A DNA stretch of 53,411 bases from a virus, in the IMG/VR virus record IMGVR_UViG_3300050821_013390, positions 1 through 53,411 of that record, one strand, 5' to 3'. Within the stretch, counting starts at the first letter, position 1, and every line of letters starts with the position of its first letter. The notes under the pieces are model-generated. The model did not search any database. It was not told the origin of the DNA and saw only the letters and a list, made by a program, of their open reading frames with translations. Both the position numbers and the translations under genes were made by a program. Positions 50,941 to 53,411 of the stretch are shown piece after piece.

Positions 50941-52362
50941 TTACCTTTGCTCTCTGCCCAAGCTCAGCATCATTTCGTGATACGGGATAGAATTCACGAA
51001 GTTGGGGCTGAGAATGTTTAGGTTGCACATTTTCATCAATGAATCGATGGACATGCGCTCTCTTTCCTGAATGAGGAGATAAGTTTTGGTTTTAGCTGTC
51101 TCCGATAATTTATCCCACCATGCAGCGTTTTCGCTAGCAGTAGGGAATATTTTTGTAGCCTGGGGGGCTTGTGTGGTTCTCGCCATTGTTTGCTCCGTAG
51201 TTTTAATTTCTGTGAAAGCTGTAATCACATCTTCCCAACGATGTTGGTTAAGCCATGTACTTGCTCTCGCCCATTCTTCGCACCAGAGGTTGCGATTAAT
51301 CTTTTCCTGACGTTCTTTGATTTGAGCCTCTATCGCTCCCATCATTGTTTCATTATTAGTTAATTTAATTGCTTTCTCATGGTAGGCCCTGCTGGCCATG
51401 TGCTTGCCTTTCTTATTCGGATAGATGGCCCAGAATTTATCAAAGCCGCCTGTATCTAAGTTTGTTTTCTTTGTTTTAATTATTGGGGGAGAAAGTTCAA
51501 GCGGGTCAGGCGAAGCGTGACCAATATATTTATTTGTTCTTTCTTTATTTGTTCTTTGATTGTTTATTCTTAGTGTCTGGTTTTCCGTATACGGTTTTCC
51601 AGGAAGCGGTTTTCCAGGAAGCGGTGAGGTTGGGTCATCCTTCACCGTATCCGGCTTTCCAGGAAGCGGCTGAACATCTGTAAAACAAGGTGTTTCAACC
51701 GCATACGGCTTTCCAGGAAGCGGTTGTACGGTTGTTGGGTGATATTGCCGTGCTGTGGATAACTTTTGTGCTGTGGATAAGTCTGTGGATAAAACCGTAT
51801 ACGGCTTTCCAGGAAGCGGTGATAGCCCTTTAAAATAAGGGTTTAAACTAGGATGCTCATATAAAATCATTATTGATGGACCAAATTTGCCTTTGGATCC
51901 CTTTTTTTGCTCCATGTAGATATAACCATGGTTTTTTAGTTCGTTGAGGGAACGATATAATGCGTCTCGACCATTTGGAGAATGTCTAATAACCTCGTTA
52001 ACGCATATATTCCAGTTATCATTCATGCTTAATAAATAAGCTAAGAGACCCTTTGCTGCCCAAGAAAGATGCTCATCTCGGATACTTTCATTATGGATCC
52101 TGGTGTAGTTAAGACCTTTGTGTTGGGGCATCCTAAAGATACATTTTTTACGAGAGCTAACTTTGGGGGGCTGTATAGGTTCTATTACAGGGAGGGCTTC
52201 TTTGATTACTTCAGTTGTTTCTTCATCAATAATATCTGGTATTTGGTGTTGAAGGTTGTTCATATTGCGAGAAGCTTTCTCTATGCGTTCGAGTATTTTA
52301 GGAAGACATTCTGAAAAAGGGCGCATCATTAAAAATCCTTGTAAATTAAACGGGTCATCCAT
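50941..52362 (-). CDS. Iteron-type replication initiator (winged-helix N-domain; origin embedded in the ORF)
   Basis: YTRIHNESIRDEHLSWAAKGLLAYLLSMNDNW...RDALYRSLNELKNHGYIYMEQ resembles Rep/DnaD-like wHTH. The central linker PLPGKPY x5 is encoded by the iterons. C-terminal FDKFWAIYPNKKGK motif. Confidence 0.75.
   Translation of the reverse strand: MDDPFNLQGFLMMRPFSECLPKILERIEKASRNMNNLQHQIPDIIDEETTEVIKEALPVIEPIQPPKVSSRKKCIFRMPQHKGLNYTRIHNESIRDEHLSWAAKGLLAYLLSMNDNWNICVNEVIRHSPNGRDALYRSLNELKNHGYIYMEQKKGSKGKFGPSIMILYEHPSLNPYFKGLSPLPGKPYTVLSTDLSTAQKLSTARQYHPTTVQPLPGKPYAVETPCFTDVQPLPGKPDTVKDDPTSPLPGKPLPGKPYTENQTLRINNQRTNKERTNKYIGHASPDPLELSPPIIKTKKTNLDTGGFDKFWAIYPNKKGKHMASRAYHEKAIKLTNNETMMGAIEAQIKERQEKINRNLWCEEWARASTWLNQHRWEDVITAFTEIKTTEQTMARTTQAPQATKIFPTASENAAWWDKLSETAKTKTYLLIQERERMSIDSLMKMCNLNILSPNFVNSIPYHEMMLSLGREQR
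51525..51575. promoter_or_regulatory. AT-rich tandem repeats (candidate DNA-unwinding element)
   Basis: TTTATTTGTTCTTT at 51529-51542 and 51544-51557, plus a degenerate third copy. Confidence 0.5.
51585..51820. repeat. Iterons: 5 copies of TTTCCAGGAAGCGG (4 with the CCGTATACGGY 5' extension)
   Basis: Core copies at 51596, 51611, 51656, 51710 and 51806, all in the same orientation. Confidence 0.85.
51754..51792 (-). promoter_or_regulatory. Cluster of three perfect DnaA boxes (TTATCCACA on the minus strand)
   Basis: TGTGGATAA at 51754-51762, 51772-51780 and 51784-51792, between iterons 4 and 5. Confidence 0.8.
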
Positions 52363-52376
52363 AACCCATTGTTAAA

Positions 52377-52601
52377 CTATTTCGCTGTATATGGGCTCGT
52401 GGGCAAACTATTAAGCCACTTGCGAACATTCTCCGCTAAGAACATTTGGCGTCGACCTAATATAGTAACTATTAATCGACCCGCTTTGACTTCTCTAGAA
52501 ACAGTGTCTCTGCTAACCGGCATAAGTTCAGTTAACTCTTTAATGCTAAATGCCAATTTTTTATTTAATAGCCCCGGGTCATCAATCTTCAATTCAACCA
52601 C
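52377..52601 (-). CDS. Xis/AlpA-type HTH protein, first gene of the replication operon
   Basis: FSIKELTELMPVSRDTVSREVKAGRLIVTILGRRQMFLAENVRKWL. The GTG start at 52599-52601 with AAGGAG SD 7 nt upstream is preferred to the track's ATG at 52703, whose N-terminus is odd and Cys-rich. Confidence 0.6.
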   Translation of the reverse strand: MVELKIDDPGLLNKKLAFSIKELTELMPVSRDTVSREVKAGRLIVTILGRRQMFLAENVRKWLNSLPTSPYTAK

Positions 52602-52849
52602 CTTAAATCTCCTTGTTTCAATATTATCTACGCAGTTTACGTTAATTAGGAACTCACTGCAACTAGCCAATAAGAGCAACAAGCAGCTACAAGGGGCTTG
52701 CATTCCTAAAATATTGTGTTAATATACACGTATAGGGTTTGGGTGACTCAAAGGTTTAAGCATTATTGGGTCATCTTAAGAGATAAACGTAGAGCTGATA
52801 TCTGGGGTTATTGTAGGATAAAGGCCATGGCACAATGAGGAGATAAACC
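52602..52849. promoter_or_regulatory. Divergent control region (replication operon leftward, recombination operon rightward)
   Basis: Contains CACGTAT (52727-52733) next to a minus-strand TATATT. Also contains the 12-mer TAGAGCTGATAT (52790-52801), which recurs at 50252-50263. Confidence 0.45.
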
Positions 52850-53140
52850 ATGAGTGAACCAAAAATAGTGGTAACCGATATAGAGCTACTTAAGACGGGT
52901 TATACCCGAGCAGTTCCATATAAGGGCAATGCATGCGAATTATCGTTGTTGCTTCTTGCGGAAGAACTAACAAATAATCCGCTAATTCCCCCAAACATCT
53001 TAGCTAAACATGGTTTTGAATATACAAAAGGATGGTTAGATGGCGGTCACGATGAATATCATCGTTGGGATACATTAACCCACATACCAACTAACCAATA
53101 TTTTGAGGTTAAATGGTATAAGGAAACAAACCATGAGTGA
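52850..53140 (+). CDS. Hypothetical protein, first gene of the rightward recombination operon
   Basis: GAGGAG SD. Its stop overlaps the exonuclease start region. Confidence 0.6.
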   Translation: MSEPKIVVTDIELLKTGYTRAVPYKGNACELSLLLLAEELTNNPLIPPNILAKHGFEYTKGWLDGGHDEYHRWDTLTHIPTNQYFEVKWYKETNHE

Positions 53141-53411
53141 TGAATTTAAGAAAGCTAGAGCTAAAGGTCTAGGCGGCAGTGATATCGGGGCCATATTTGA
53201 CTGTCCTACCGCATATAAATCGGCATATGAGCTCTATATGGAAAAGGTATATGGAACAGAGAGGGATATATCCACTGAGCAGCCTGTCATATGGGGTAAT
53301 CTATTAGAAGAGCCTATAGCACAACACTATTCTCAAGTGACTGGAAAAGAGTTAATTAATCCAGGCAATAGCGCTATACTTGATTACCAGCCTTATCCAT
53401 TTCTATTAGCT
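53133..53411 (+). CDS. YqaJ/lambda-Exo-type exonuclease, N-terminal part (continues at window start)
   Basis: ATG at 53133 with AAGGAA SD. MSDEFKKARAKGLGGSDIGAIFD...WGNLLEEPIAQHY. Open to the window end and in frame with 24..716 via the 98-nt overlap. Confidence 0.85.
   Translation, partial: MSDEFKKARAKGLGGSDIGAIFDCPTAYKSAYELYMEKVYGTERDISTEQPVIWGNLLEEPIAQHYSQVTGKELINPGNSAILDYQPYPFLLA
53314..53411. repeat. Terminal direct repeat, copy 2 (identical to 1..98)
   Basis: Exact 98-nt identity with the window start. Confidence 0.95.

Noticed and set aside
51585-51820. The repeat cluster considered as a CRISPR array.
   Set aside because: The repeats are 14-25 bp with irregular spacings, two of them directly tandem. 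They lie inside a long ORF and are accompanied by DnaA boxes and an AT-rich tract. This is origin/iteron architecture, and there are no cas genes.

Overview
The window is a complete tailed-phage genome captured as a circular assembly. Bases 1-98 are repeated exactly at 53314-53411, so the unique length is 53,313 nt, and a YqaJ-type exonuclease gene reads in frame through the junction.

Layout:
(i) A rightward recombination/accessory block crosses the junction (52850 -> 4055). It holds a small protein, the YqaJ exonuclease, an HTH protein, a Bet/RecT-like annealase, a mini-lipoprotein and an AmpG-like MFS permease.
(ii) A leftward virion block of about 29 kb (33030 -> 4052). It holds the portal, scaffold-like proteins, a capsid operon behind a long leader, adaptor/tail proteins, a 1148-aa repeat-built fibre, a run of Gly/Gln-rich paralogous internal proteins, a second fibre and a VRR-NUC nuclease.
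(iii) A short rightward block (33210 -> 36807) with the large terminase, a CsrA homologue, SSB and an Ala/Glu/Arg-rich helical protein.
(iv) An OmpA/Lom-like beta-barrel moron.
(v) A leftward early region of about 15 kb made of small, translationally coupled ORFs (52601 -> 37551). It includes a free-standing RNA polymerase alpha-CTD homologue, three Xis/AlpA-like HTH proteins, a MarR regulator facing an RHH regulator, and an iteron-type initiator. The initiator ORF contains the probable origin: AT-rich repeats, 5 iterons and 3 perfect DnaA boxes.

A plus-strand structured RNA candidate lies between two leftward operons. By eye I see no sheath or tape-measure gene, so the virion looks podovirus-like. 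I also see no integrase, DNA polymerase, RNA polymerase, endolysin, tRNA, rRNA, CRISPR array or IS element.

A Gram-negative, probably proteobacterial host is inferred from the sigma70-type promoters, the TTATCCACA boxes and the CsrA, AmpG, OMP and alpha-CTD homologues. It has not been demonstrated.
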